A stretch of DNA of 64,000 nt from Zootoca vivipara (GCF_963506605.1 NC_083280.1:36332001-36396000); one strand, 5' to 3'; counted from the stretch's first letter, positions 25,382-37,651 are shown. Notes: generated from the sequence alone by a model not told the origin. A program made the numbers and translations.

Positions 25382-25501
25382 TCTTAGAGTGAATTGTTAC
25401 TGTTACTTCCACACAGTTTTGTCACAAATCAAGTTCTAAGCCATGGACAAAAGCTCCTATTCTTTAATGTGATTTGTTTTTCCTTGCAGTTTTATTCTGA
25501 G

Positions 25502-25589
25502 ATGTTTCAGCAGGAAAAGAATGTGCTTCTTCAGATGAGTATCCACTCATTTTGGGTCATTTTTTGTGTGTGCCTACCAAAATGCTTGT
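25502..25589 (+). CDS. PIGX: PIGX first coding exon (AUG-initiated signal peptide MFQQEKNVLLQMSIHSFWVIFCVCLPKCL)
   Basis: Acceptor ttttccttgcag| before 25490, ATG 25502 (second ATG 25535), hydrophobic core, donor T|gtaagt. Phase 1 matches the next exon (T+AT=Tyr). Confidence 0.7.
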
Positions 25590-26163
25590 GTAAGTTGAAA
25601 TCAGTGTTATTTTCCCGAAGCTAGTTGGTAAACAAACGTTGTACATTATTCATTTTCTTGGATTCCATGTGTGTTGCAGAGTGCTTAACTGTCCTTTATT
25701 GATACTGTGTTTGCATTTTCAATTTATGTATGCAAATCCACTTCATTGCCTTATTGACTATATTCTAACACATTCAAAAAGCTTATTTTATGTCTTTTTC
25801 CTTTATGTACAATCATTTTACATTGTTGAGCAGTCCACTGAGTCCACAGGAGTAACTCAGGACCATTGTGAGTGGTTAGATGGCAATATTTAAACTGCCT
25901 AATTAGAAACGAGTGTTTTGATATCTACTCCTAGCATATCCCTTATTCTGCTGCATTTGAATGTCTTCCTCTACCCTAAGGAGAAATCAGCAGCCATTAA
26001 TTTATGCATTGCTTCTCTACCCAGGGAAACACAATGATGATTTCTGATTGTTGCTAGCTTCTTTCCCTCTCTCTGAGGTAGAGGGAACACTGTCAGAAAC
26101 AGTGGAGTGTTCTGGTTGTTGGAAGGCTCAGTGTTTTTTTATAGTGGGAGGCTCACTGCAAAT

Positions 26164-26273
26164 GAGGGGCTCATCCAAACTGCGGGAGGCAGTGCAAGAC
26201 AGGAGTGCCTGGCGTGCTATGGTCCATGGGGTCACAAAGAGTCAGACACTACTAAACGACTAAACAACAACAA
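26164..26273 (+). mobile_element. Short BovB 3' fragment
   Basis: KLREAVQDRSAWRAMVHGVTKS, (CAA)n tail, TSD cactgcaaat. Confidence 0.9.
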
Positions 26274-26597
26274 CACTGCAAATAGATCCTTTGTTTTTCC
26301 TTTAGCTGTAAGCTGTGCCTTCTAGAATTGGTGGTAGGGAGGTGGAAGGGCTAGTGTGGTTGCCACTGGGTTATTTAGGCTGTTAGTCAGCAACTATTTG
26401 CAAGACTGGATTAAAAGTCTGTTGTCTGCCATGGCTTCAAGAGAGAACAATCTTTTTATTGATCAAAATTACTTCAGTTCCTCTGTTCTGTAAAAGGCAC
26501 TCCTAAAGAACAGAAGAACAAACTCTGACTGTGTTGAAATGGTGTTTTAGATTGCTTTAAAATATGTCAGTTTCTCATGTATTTTCTGTTTTTATAG

Positions 26598-26655
26598 ATG
26601 CACAGAACATGTGTCCTGAGGTCAGGCAACAGCTTTTGAAAGATGGCTTTCACAG
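26598..26655 (+). CDS. PIGX: PIGX exon (AQNMCPEVRQQLLKDGFHR)
   Basis: ttttatag| ... CACAG|gtgggt; LKDGFHR motif of PIG-X. Confidence 0.93.
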
Positions 26656-27424
26656 GTGGGTTTATGACAAACAGATATTGGTTAGTGCTTCTGTTATTAG
26701 TGTCTTAATAAGACCTGAATTCTTCAGACTTTTGCATCTGCTTTACCATATACCATGTATGTAGTCAAGTAAACTGATATGTTAAACTAAATGTCCTAGT
26801 GGCATGTTTATGGATGCTGCGGGATGCTGGTACTCCATTGAACAATTGTTAATCTATCTTAAGTCACATGGATTTGTTAAAAGTCTATCTTAAGTCACAT
26901 GGATTCATCGACAACTCGGACCAATACCTAGTTGTATTGAATCTTAGTCCAATTAAAGCGATGCAAAGCCAATTAGATTGAGACTTCTCAGCTTCAACTG
27001 TCCATTAATATAAAAGATGAAAAAGTTATATGTTGTGGGTTTCTTCCGAGTTTTAGTGGGGGTTATTACCATTTATTTATTGTCACGTACCAGAAAATGG
27101 TCTCAGAGCAGAAATATGGAAAAAGACACACAGCTACAATTAAAACACTAGTTAGTTAGTTAGTTAGTTGCTTTAACTTGCCCAAGGCAACAACCAAACA
27201 ATTAAAACACATAAAATTGAATGTCAGTGATAAATCTCTCAGAAACATTCTCAGTTTCCTCAGACCCAAGTATGTGGGGCCCTGTAGCTGTAGGGAAAAA
27301 ACCCCCACAGATTAAGGAATATAATATCACAGTCTTTTAAAAGTACTTTATACACAAATGAGATTGGTATGTTTTGATGGCATTCTGTTGTAAAAGCTTA
27401 TTGTTTTCTTGTTTTAAATGTTAG

Positions 27425-27566
27425 AAATCTGCTGATTCGGGTAAATATCAGTACAGCTGATGAAAGCCTCAGATGCTGCATGGTGGCAACTAAGGTACAC
27501 TTACCAAAAGGACTATATGTGGATCCCTATGAATTGACATCTTTACAAAAGCACAATCTCACTGAG
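27425..27566 (+). CDS. PIGX: PIGX exon (NLLIRV...LPKGLYVDPYEL...NLTE)
   Basis: ttag| ... GAG|gtaagg; GLYVDPYEL motif; 142 nt, phase 2 to 0. Confidence 0.96.
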
Positions 27567-28714
27567 GTAAGGTTTTTGGGATGACTTTTGTGGACGGGGA
27601 AAGCTAATAGGGCACAAAATAGCTACATGTACACAAAGTTAGGCTTCTAAGGCAGCACCTGTCCCTTCTTGGAAGCAAACAGTTATGAGCCTAACCACTC
27701 TATCTGTGGCAGAGCAATACTATACATACCTCCTCTTAAGTTAGCCCCACTGAACTAAGTGGGACTTGTTCCCAGATAAGTGTGTATAGGATTGCAGCCA
27801 ATTGTCAGGGATGATGGGAGTTGTAGTGCAACAACTTCTAGAGGTTGGCTACTTATGGCATAAAGGCTTGATAATCAAAGACAGACCAAATCACACATAG
27901 CTTTTTGGATCCTTGTAACTGTTATTGTAAGTGCTGGCTGTAATGTTACATTCCTGTGTTCATGTTTTAAAGGTACAAGTAGGCACTCGATTAAGAAACC
28001 ATTGGAGATGAGATTTTATCGCATAAGGGGCTAGACAAAAGTCTATTTTGGGTATTTACCAAAAACAATACAGTGTCTCCCCCACTTCTTTCTGAAGTTG
28101 TATTTATTACTCACGTTGTTTTTAACTTCCATTTTACTTTACTGACACCCCTGACAATTTTCGCTTCCATTGTTAAGTTGTTGTTAAGAACGTTATTTCA
28201 CAATACAAGCATCCCTCCTTCACTTACACGCAATCGACTCACGTGCAACTGCATATATGTGCAGTGCCAGGAAACAAACAAACAAACAAACAAACTCTAA
28301 CCTGAAATAGTTAGAGAGAGCTGGAAAGTCCTTGTGGCTCGCAAGGAGACCTTCCCCAGAGCCCAAAGAGGACGACAGTGAGACAGAAGTCCAGAAAAAA
28401 GACTCCAAGGGCTCAAAAATGGCATACGGGAGCTCTCGCTGCTGCCACTCTATCCCACTCAACAGCTGTTGGGCTGGAAGCTATATGTACTGCAGTGGGC
28501 TCCCCAGTTACGAACATTTCACAGAATGTAACTCCCACATAAGTGGGGAGTCACCTGTACTGCATTACTAACAGACAAATACTGTACATGAATAAGTCAC
28601 TGGTACCAGCCTTGGGGCTTCTCTGCAAGATAGCTGTGGTGCTACTGCCTATAATGAAATTATCTTCTGGAATAATGCCCTGCTTTTAATTATGTTGTTA
28701 TACTTTTTCTACAG

Positions 28715-28928
28715 GCATTGATGATGGCAGATAACATAGATTTGGAAGCTCCCGAGTACTTAGCTGCTGACGTTTCTGTCCTCATTTATATGAGACCTGA
28801 CCCTGAATGCTTTTCCTGTTTTAGAGGATTATTACCTCTGCACTGCCGGTATCACCGGCCAGCAGAGAATGATGGGAAAATCTCTACTGTACTGAAGAGT
28901 CCAGATCTATTGATGCATTGCCAAAAAT
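28715..28928 (+). CDS. PIGX: PIGX exon (ALMMADNIDLEAPEY...LPLHCRYHRP...PDLLMHCQK)
   Basis: ttctacag| ... T|gtaagc; DLEAP and PLHCRYHRP motifs; 214 nt. Confidence 0.97.
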
Positions 28929-29166
28929 GTAAGCGAGACTGACTTTTCTTCTTTGGGGAATGAGAATGGGAACAATTAGAATAAGAATAAAAAAGGGCAA
29001 TATACAATCATTAAAAATTTGGGGATAAAATGTTATATTTTTATAGAAGCATTGAGGAGATGTGTAAAGATAGATACAGAACTGAGAGACATACTTCATG
29101 AAAAAATATGAGTGATCTCTTTCCTGAATATTAAGTTTATGTTCTGTTTCCCCCCCTCTCTTTTAG

Positions 29167-29267
29167 TCTTCCTTTCCCTGGAATGTTTGAAAGAAACTGA
29201 AATAGAAGCTCCATGTTCTCAGAAGAATATACACACATGCCATTGGGATAGCATGAAATTCAAAGAT
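29167..29267 (+). CDS. PIGX: PIGX exon (FLSLECLKETEIEAPC...CHWDSMKFKD)
   Basis: ctcttttag| ... GAT|gtgtgt; 101 nt, phase 1 to 0. Confidence 0.9.
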
Positions 29268-30118
29268 GTGTGTTCATACTTCTTACATCTCTTAGTTTTT
29301 CTAGAAATAGATCTGTCTGTAACAATTTTGATTCATCTGTTTAAATTTTTTGTCACTGCTTGGTCCTGGTAAATAGGCTCCACTGGGATTTTAGTAGCCT
29401 AAATGTTCATAGGATTGTAGCTCCTGTTTGCAGATGGGAAGGCTGTTTGGCTGGAAATGCTAATCTTCAAAATTTTCACCACATTGCTGTATAGAAAAAT
29501 GATTAAAGGCTACAATCCCTTCCCTGCACGTGGGAGGAAACTCCAGTGGACTTCCTGAAACTTGCTCCTGAATAGTCATGTGTAGGATTGCGCTGTAAAG
29601 TTGGTTGGTGCAAGGCAACTTTTAAGATGCTGAAACAGACTGCTAGGCTAAGAAGCTGCTTGCCTGTGAGTCTCCTGACCAGAAAGCAGCCAGTATAGGC
29701 TGTAGGTAGATAAGGGTAGGGCTGATAAGAAGATGGGAACTTCCACACTGCTCCTGGTGACTAATAAACCTCAGAGGGAATCATGGGAAGGAGAAAGAGG
29801 CAGAGATCTTCTCTTGTGGATAAAGTAACTGGAAATGAGTGGTAAGCTAGATTATCTACTCTTCCCCATGATGTGAGCAAGTTTTTCTCTGGTCTGACAA
29901 GGAAGACCAAGAAGGTTATGTTAACTGCTTCTGAAGGAAGCAAGGAGCAGCTGCCCCAGGCTGTGAAAGGTATGGGATGACTGGATTGCAATACATTTTT
30001 AATTAAAGAATATAGGAAGAGAAATGATTAGAGTTAAATTGTGATGCCCTGTATGGAGTATACATTTTGAATGAAGGTGGCCTTATTTGACTTCTAATGT
30101 GCAACTCTTCTTTCGTAG

Positions 30119-30277
30119 GTAACCGAGGAACTGAAACTGCAGATACCAGTTGGGCTCAAACACCATCTTATGTTGGTATGCACAGGGACTCTTGCTACCA
30201 CAATATTGTGTTCCAGTCTTATCCTTTCAGCTTTATTCAAGCATGGATGCTTCTCCTTTGTTCAGAGCTCACAGTAA
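30119..30277 (+). CDS. PIGX: PIGX last coding exon (LQIPVG, TM helix, FKHGCFSFVQSSQ*); total 253 aa
   Basis: tttcgtag|GTA; QIPVG plus TM segment; TAA at 30275-30277; AATAAA at 30604. Confidence 0.95.
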   Translation, partial: VTEELKLQIPVGLKHHLMLVCTGTLATTILCSSLILSALFKHGCFSFVQSSQ

Positions 30278-30603
30278 AACCGAACAAGGTTATTGAATCA
30301 TCATGGAAAAACTGTCTAAATACACCAGACAAACCAGAGACGGGAACAGAAGAAAAGGCTTAGAATTGGCCCAACATCACAGACTAGGAGCAGGCCAAGT
30401 GCCTCTTACTTGACTGTGCAGTATCATATGCATGGCTGCATTGCTTTTGATCTGTTCTAGTCTCCTCCTCACCTCCCCCCGACTTTGTACATGTTTCCTG
30501 AATAGGCTGATCTAGTATCAGATAAATATGTGCCTTCAAAATTGCCATGTAATCAAATTTTGAAATAGTGAAACCTGCCTAACTTAACAATTCTGATACC
30601 ACC

Positions 30604-30609
30604 AATAAA
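30604..30609 (+). terminator. Candidate PIGX polyadenylation signal AATAAA
   Basis: First canonical hexamer I see after the PIGX stop. Confidence 0.5.
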
Positions 30610-30848
30610 AAGGGGGGGTGGGGTGGAGAATTTTTTGATCCCTAAAAAAACCAAACACAGGTTCCTTTTTCATGTGTAGTCAATCATAGGTATCAGAAAA
30701 ATAGAAACAATTATAAGTGGCAATAATACTTTGGAAGGAAGTTTATAAACTGCTCATTTTTAAACCATGAACTGGATAAATATGTCTCAGAAGATAACAG
30801 AACAGGTGGAATTATTCCAAGTTCTGAGAAAGCACTGGATGTAAATCA

Positions 30849-33800
30849 TTAGCGTTGAAAATACAAGGAAATACAGGGAGGAAATTGCTTCATTAATGGA
30901 AAAACTGAGCAGCTCCAAAAATTCTTAACTTTTCTATTGTCAACAAACTTCACACATAAGTGGCTGCTAGTATGCAAAATAGGTTCAAAGGGAAAGATGT
31001 GCCACTTTCCATATTTGTGGACAGCATAAAATATTTACTAATTAATTAAAAGAAAATTTCTTTAATGTACAACTGCAGTTTATTGCTGAATTTATGTTAT
31101 TTGGTTGTTTCTTACCTGTACTGGCTTTGTTGTCTCTGAATTATCAAGAATTTTCTTTGGATCTCCACTAAAACTATATAAAAGACTTGTTTTGTGGCAT
31201 CTTTCGCTAGCTGATGAGATGCTTTTAACACTGGTCTTTTGTTCTCCCCGCACAAAGTGCTGAATGATGATCGCTGAGGCAATACTTCAGCTACTACCTC
31301 AGGTTCTCTGTGAAGATTGCTCTGCATCTGTTTGGGGGAAGGGAGCCACTGCAGAAAACAATTGCAGATGGGTTATTTTTGTTTCTCCACTTTCCATATA
31401 TGAGCAGCTGTAGCACATAATGGGAGGACAGCTGTGAGCTTCAGTTGTTTATCTTATCCTTGTTTCCTTTTAGTTTAATGTCAATTTGACAGTTTTATAC
31501 TGCATACTATGGATCCAAAGCTGGTCCTCTTAATCATGTTCATCAAGAAGTTCCATGTTTAAATGTTTCCCCTTTTGGTAAGATTAGATGCATTTGATAC
31601 ATAAGACTTTTGAACTGCAAGTCTGGATTTCTTCATTAGGTATGATGGAATAGAAACAGTTCCATGTAAAAAATTATATTGATAAAATCAAAATGGAAGC
31701 ATGCCTAACAAAATTGTATAGAAAAAGCATGAGGATAGTTCTCCATGAAGTCATAGATTTATTCATAAGATCCTTTTCAAAAGTGCTGCACTTTCCCAAT
31801 ATTTTCCAATACAGGTCCTTCAGTACCTTGCTAGTTGGGTCTGTGAATTTGCAGCAGGAAAAGCACATGAATGTGCATCAACATTACATTAAAAGCAAAT
31901 TTTCCAACACAGAATAGCTTGTGTCCTGGAAAAACGGCAGAATTTGGGTGTTGAGTCTGTCCAGAGAATACATGTACAGTGTACACACAAGTTGCTTGGC
32001 TTATTCAATGTGTACATCATTTTAGCAGGATGAAATTTACTGGAAATTAGTTTATTTTATACACTTACTGGAATGTGCCTGGACATCTAAGGAATGATAT
32101 ATAAGGGTTTGCAGATAGCTTTGTCTTTTGGTGGTGATTCAAGTTTTGTTTTACGGAAAAACAACTGTTGTATGGAACTGGAGGTAAAGTGAGAGGCCCA
32201 AGCCTCAGGATATGTAAATAGCATGAAAGGTCAATAGAAGGATTCCAACTGTCAGCATCAATTTCTGTAGGAGCTGGCCTGGAAGGCAGACATAAAGCTG
32301 TTGCTTGCACTCTTTTGCCCCGGCTCCCATTCAATTATTGTGCATCTCTCTCCTCTACCCACTCAAACATAAGTGCAGCACTAAAGTGATAACATTAAAA
32401 GGGCTGTTTGGAAGAAGGTGACAAGTTATGTATATATCGGTAACTATATTGGGTAGATGGTTAGCTTGCCGCCAGTTTGATGTATCATCAGTGTACGGTC
32501 AGTCCAGCTATGGCTCAGATTTCACAGATACTGTACCGTACCACCTATCGCAAGGAGGCTGTTCTTTTTCAAGAAAAGGCTATGAAATTTCTCTCAAGGA
32601 CCAGTGTTCTTTTAATTCATAAAAGCATGCACATGTTTATGACCTTTTATTTTTTTTATATAAAAAAGGAACGGTTGTTTCTGTTTAAATATTTCCACAA
32701 AAGGAGGAGTGGAGGGGAAAAAAAATTTAATATGCTGCTGCAGAGTCCCACTGGCAGCACTAGCTGGTGCCTTGAGCTGGAAATGCTGAATGGGCAAGCA
32801 AGCTCTGCTTGTTTTTTCTTTCTAGCTGATCATACAAGATAGAGCTTGTCCCATGGGAAATTTCTTGTACCCTCAAATATTTTTTTCTATGCCAGCCTGG
32901 CCTTGGTGTTTATGTAAGCAAAGAGACGCTGCAGTGTCAGTATTATGAGTTCTGTTTTTTTAGTGTTACATGTTGTATAGTCACTAGGTAGGGGTGCATG
33001 TGCTCACTGCTTTTTCCGATTCCTAGAGGATGATTCATTGTTAACTTTCTTTGGGTTTGGCTTGCAGAAATCAGTACATCTAGTGATACCGGCCAGAGAA
33101 ACATGCCAAATGTGGAATGAGCCAGGCTTTTAGGCCTTACTTTTTCCCATCATGACTTTCTCAGTACATTGATACAAGAACGGCTAAGTGTTAAGTAAAC
33201 ATGAACATATGCACTTTAGCATATACCATCACGACAGTTTTGAATGAAACTGTAAACCCACTTCAATCTGGTTTTTCATCCAGAACTGAAACTCACTTGG
33301 TTGCTTTGTAGGGGCAGATTTTATGTGGTTGCATCCTCAGTTATGGAACTCCCTCCCAAAGGAGATTGATTTGGCACTGCCTTGACTGTATTCCAGGTAC
33401 TAGGGGAATTCTTTCCTGTTGATCTGGGTTGGGTTTAATTTGTTCTCCAGTCTGGTTTGAGTCAATCACTTGGTACCTTAATTGCTTTGGCATTGTAGCT
33501 GCTGCAATTGTTTTTGAAGTGTATCACTGATTTTATCTGGAATTTAATGGTATGTTGGCGTTGTTTTAGGCTTCTGTGTTTTATGGTTAATACTTTTCCA
33601 TTCAGCAGATGTGAATGACTTTATAGACAGTAAAATGATACATATATGTATTTTAAATAAAAATGGTGATACTGAGTGATGTTCATTTTTGAAGATATGT
33701 CTTTCATGCTATACAGTACTGTGTGTATGGGTAAGGAGGGCATAGGAAATGCTTGAACGTTTGGTGATTGCTGGCTGTGCTCAGAAGCAAGCTCATTATC

Positions 33801-34294
33801 TAAACCAGAGGGCTAGGAGGAAGAAGGCAGGAACTAGGTTTGTAGATATCTGCAGATCCCAGATCATTTTTGCAGAGGCAACAGCTCAATACTTTTTGTG
33901 TGTGTGCAAGCCTTGGGTGCTTAGCAAGAATGAAAGTACTGTACCAGTATAACTAAATTCTGGTGGTTTCTATGTTTTTAAGTACATTACTGTTTTTTAG
34001 ATAATGATTTTTTTCAATTTTTTTTATTCTTTTTAACAATAAAAAATACAAATAAAACACACAAATCCTAAAAAAAATTTAGATAATGATTTTAACTTTG
34101 TTCTTAATGTTATGTCTGTTATCCATCCTGGGCTCTGTGAGGAAGGGCCAGATGCAAGAATAGTTAATAATACAGACAATTCAGAGAGAGCAAGTAGGGA
34201 TGGTGTCATCTGTGTCAACACAAGAGGGAGTCTACTGAGTGTTTGTATGTGTCCCTGCATCAAAAGCTGCCCTGGAGTTGTGCCAAGGGAGAGC
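30849..34294 (-). other. Candidate unannotated spliced gene or pseudogene divergent from the PAK2 promoter
   Basis: Exon-like segments with canonical sites at 33008-33079, 32069-32278 and 31116-31327; weaker ones at 34097-34294, 33297-33334, 31710-31830 and 30849-30966. Phases are compatible (see findings). Confidence 0.4.
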
Positions 34295-34719
34295 CTGAAA
34301 GAAAAACAGCTGCTCAGCAGGCGCTGTTCCTTACAAGTCTGATGTTGGGGTGCTTCCCCTGCTTGCTTCCCTAGTAACATTTTTAGGGAAGTTTACAAAA
34401 GAAGCTCAAGTTGCAACTTTCAACCAACTTAGGTAATAAACACGAATGTTAGTTAATTTAATCAGCAATAACGTCCCATATACTGTACTTCCCTTTCCCC
34501 AAGCACCAAACAACCAAACGGAAACGCTACACTGACCAGTTCCTACTAAAAATTACACCGAATATACTGCAATTCTTAATGAACAATATTTATCATTGTC
34601 CTAAATTTAAAATGGGCAAGAGCGAGTATAAATAAATAAAAATTAAAAATGGTATTTTAAAAAATGTGTTTTTAGAAAACACAGTTTAAAAGCAACAGAC
34701 ACAGGCTCTGAGGGAAGAG

Positions 34720-35620
34720 ACACCCGCTACTCTGCTCTTCCCCAACCGCAAGCTGTCTCCAGGACCCCCAAGTCACAGGCAAGCGCATCTCCCCTCCCAT
34801 ATTTCTCTTCCTCTGCGAAAAGACTTGCTTCTAGACAGGCGGCCCGGGGGAGAAGCGGAGCTCCGCTGCGTCCCGATGCATGCTGGGAGTTGTGGTCTTC
34901 AACGCCGTTCTTTCCACGCCCTCTCGGCGGCCCCTGCCCACCTTTCGCGCCGCCGTCTGCGCCAGGAGCCGCCTGGCCAGCTCCGCCCCTTCCTCTCCCG
35001 GGCTGTGGCCACGCGCGGCGGTTCCGCTTGCTTCTCCTCTGGCCGCCCGGTGGGCCCTCCCCGCCATTGTAGGAGGCCGCGCCCTGCCCTGCAGATCTCG
35101 AGACAGCGAGGCAACGGGGCGGCGGCGGCGACGAGCTCGGCTGGTGCCTGAGGTGTGCGAAGCGGCCTGGAGGCTGCGGGAGCTCTTGGCAGGAGGTAGG
35201 CAGGAGCGGAGACCCAGGCGCGGAGGGAGAAGAGGCGAGAGTGTGTTGTGTGTGTGACGGAGTGAGCGAGTGGGGTTGGCGCTTCGCCTTCGCATGAGGA
35301 AGAGCGAGCGAGAGAGCTCCGCAGGCCCAGAGGCTGCGCTTCCCGGAGCTCTGAGGAGGAAGTGCCCGAGGGGCGGTGGAGAAGCGGCCGCGGGGAGGAA
35401 GAAAGGCAAAGGTGGTTTTTTTGAGACGGGGCGGAGGGGAGGAGGCCGCCGAGGAGCTCCTCATTACCTGGCGGACAAAGGGCGGTCGCCCCAGACGTCA
35501 CCTCTGCACAGGGAACATCTTCGGTAACGTTGAAAAGGCGCAAACCGGTTCGGGGTTACGCCTTCCTAGCGCTTTCGCGGTTTAAAACGGGCTTGGGAGG
35601 AGGATGTTTCTTAATCGCAG
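34720..35620 (+). promoter_or_regulatory. PAK2: PAK2 CpG-island promoter and non-coding exon 1
   Basis: Very CpG-rich. ZNF143-type motif at 34878-34897 (minus GACCACAACTCCCAGCATGC), YY1-like CCGCCATT at 35061, candidate donor GAG|gtaggc at 35195/35196. Confidence 0.85.
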
Positions 35621-37194
35621 GGTTCCTCGGTAAGGGAGCTCAACCACTTCTCTCTCCACCCACCCAGAAGCAGGCAGACAAATTCCTCATGGTCTTTGGT
35701 GCTTTCCTCATAGGGGATTTTGAGTTCTTGGCCAGGCCGCTTGGGTGTCCCTGCTTGGGCAGCTGAGATCAGCGCTTCCGTCTCCCATCGCACCCACCCC
35801 AAGCGCAGGTGACGCTCAAAGCTGCTGCTGTTGCCGCCTTTGTCTCCAACTACTCACCTGCCCTCTCCATCTAGCAGGTGTTGGGGTAAAGGTCGAGCAA
35901 GAGGGGGCGGGCGCGGTTCCTGCTTCTGCCTTCCCAACTCCTCTCTCCTCAAACCCAGTACGGAGAACTGGAACCAGTTTTCCTGCTCAGGGAGAGCCTA
36001 TGAAGAATCAGAGAGCTCAGTAGTACCTCCTGTCTCCTCTCTGACCTTCTCTCTTAACTGTCTGGTGAGAAAGCCTGGGCTGCTGCTGCCCTTGTCTGTT
36101 CGCTTTCCTGTCTGCTCTCTCCCCCTCTTGTTGCTCTCAGCAAGTGGGCAATTCACTGTTTGCACATTTGTTCAACCTCTGGCTCAGCTTCTCTGTGATC
36201 TTTATTTGGGTTGTGTAGTAGTGAGGATTGGCCCAGCAAGCCCAATCATTCCTACTACCCCATCCAGAGTGAGTGTGATATAGGACTAGCAAGCAGAACA
36301 TGTAGTTGCAGCCTTATGGGGCCCAATCCTCCTTGTCGCTCTGCTGAAAGAAATATGGCTAACAGGGAAGTAGAGGCTTCTATAGAAGAACAAACTTCCA
36401 TGCTGTGCTTGGAGGGAAAAGAAAACTGCTGGATCTTCCACCTCTTGCTTAGTTCCCCTTGTTCTGTGGGTATTCTAGCATGGTAGGGAGTATTAAGTGA
36501 TGGGTTGTAATCTCTGTCATTGTACTGTCCAGAGGAAGAGTGTAGGTAAATGAGCAAGAAGGTGAGGTGGCTGTGCTTTTTATGAACACCTGCCTCTGCC
36601 AGTTTCTGTCCCTTTACTGTTCCTCTTGGAGTCACAGAGAGAAGTATCATGAAGAAGAAAGAGGATGCCTTAGCTGGTTGATATGTCAGGTGACCCCTCC
36701 ATATTTCTCAGTATCATTCTCTCCACACCACACTGCCCATAGAGTGTGTGCGCAATCTGTTACCTCTGCCCGCGTTGCTTACAAATCCTATCATTAGAGA
36801 ATGGGAGTGTCATATCAGCTCCTGCTCTCAGATTATCAAATGGGAAGGGCATTCTTCTCTGGTTTCTGAACACCCTAGCAGGGTGTGTTGGGCAGAACTG
36901 GCTCAGCTGTTAGGCAGACTGAAGTGGCTGCCTCAGGCAGCAGAAGCACCCTAGCCGGCATCCCCATGTGTATCCTGCTGCTGGTGCAGAAGCAGCACTG
37001 GTATCTGCAGTTTTTGGTGAGAACTTGCCCAAAATTAGTGCCAGTGTCAGCACCACTTCTCTGCCAGCCATAGAGGTGGCAGGGTGGGTGGAGAAGTAGC
37101 AGGTATAGCTTGAACAGGGCAGGGCGGCACTTCCTTTTTTTACATATCTTTAGATGCCAAGCAAAAAAATTCCTTTTCTCCCAGCCCTTTGGCT

Positions 37195-37330
37195 AAGTGT
37201 TTCTCAAATTTGTGTTTCCAGCAGTTGTTGGACTACAGCTCCCATAATTCCTAGCTAGGAGGACCAGTGGTCAGGGATGATGGGAGTTGTAGTCCAACTA
37301 CAGCTGGAGACACAAGTTTGAGAAACACTG
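37195..37330. mobile_element. Palindromic hAT MITE
   Basis: agtgtttctcaaa ... tttgagaaacactg; ggactaca/tgtagtcc core. Confidence 0.85.
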
Positions 37331-37651
37331 GTAATTCAACGATCTATGGCCTTTTAAACTGTGGGGGTATTGTTTTTGTTTGCTACTTTGGTATGCATTT
37401 TTGTGTTTTTATATTGCAAACCGCTTTGTGATCCTAAGATGAAGAGTGGCATAGAAATTTGGCCAGCTAAGTCACACAAGAAATTAGTTCTTAAAAGGGT
37501 ATTTGGCCCCCAGAAGTTTCTGAATATATGTAAACCATTTGCTATGCATATAAAAGTTTGAAAAATATATCCAGCACCTTAAATGTTACTAACAACTTCC
37601 TGATTGCCCCGACAAATCAGAGCATATTGTTTTCCAAGGCTCATTTTCCTC

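Noticed and set aside
26847-26905. Short tandem duplications (also 48367-48397 and 50763-50798) as array-like or CRISPR-like structures
   Set aside because: Two-copy local slippage duplications in introns of a eukaryotic genome; no repeat-spacer pattern.
31275-31301. let-7 miRNA gene on the minus strand (TGAGGTAGTAG)
   Set aside because: Match stops after 11 nt and the hairpin is only about 10 bp.
34727-35543. Several 100-245 aa ORFs on both strands
   Set aside because: Stop-poor GC-rich CpG island; low-complexity Ala/Arg/Pro/Gly translations with no recognisable domain.
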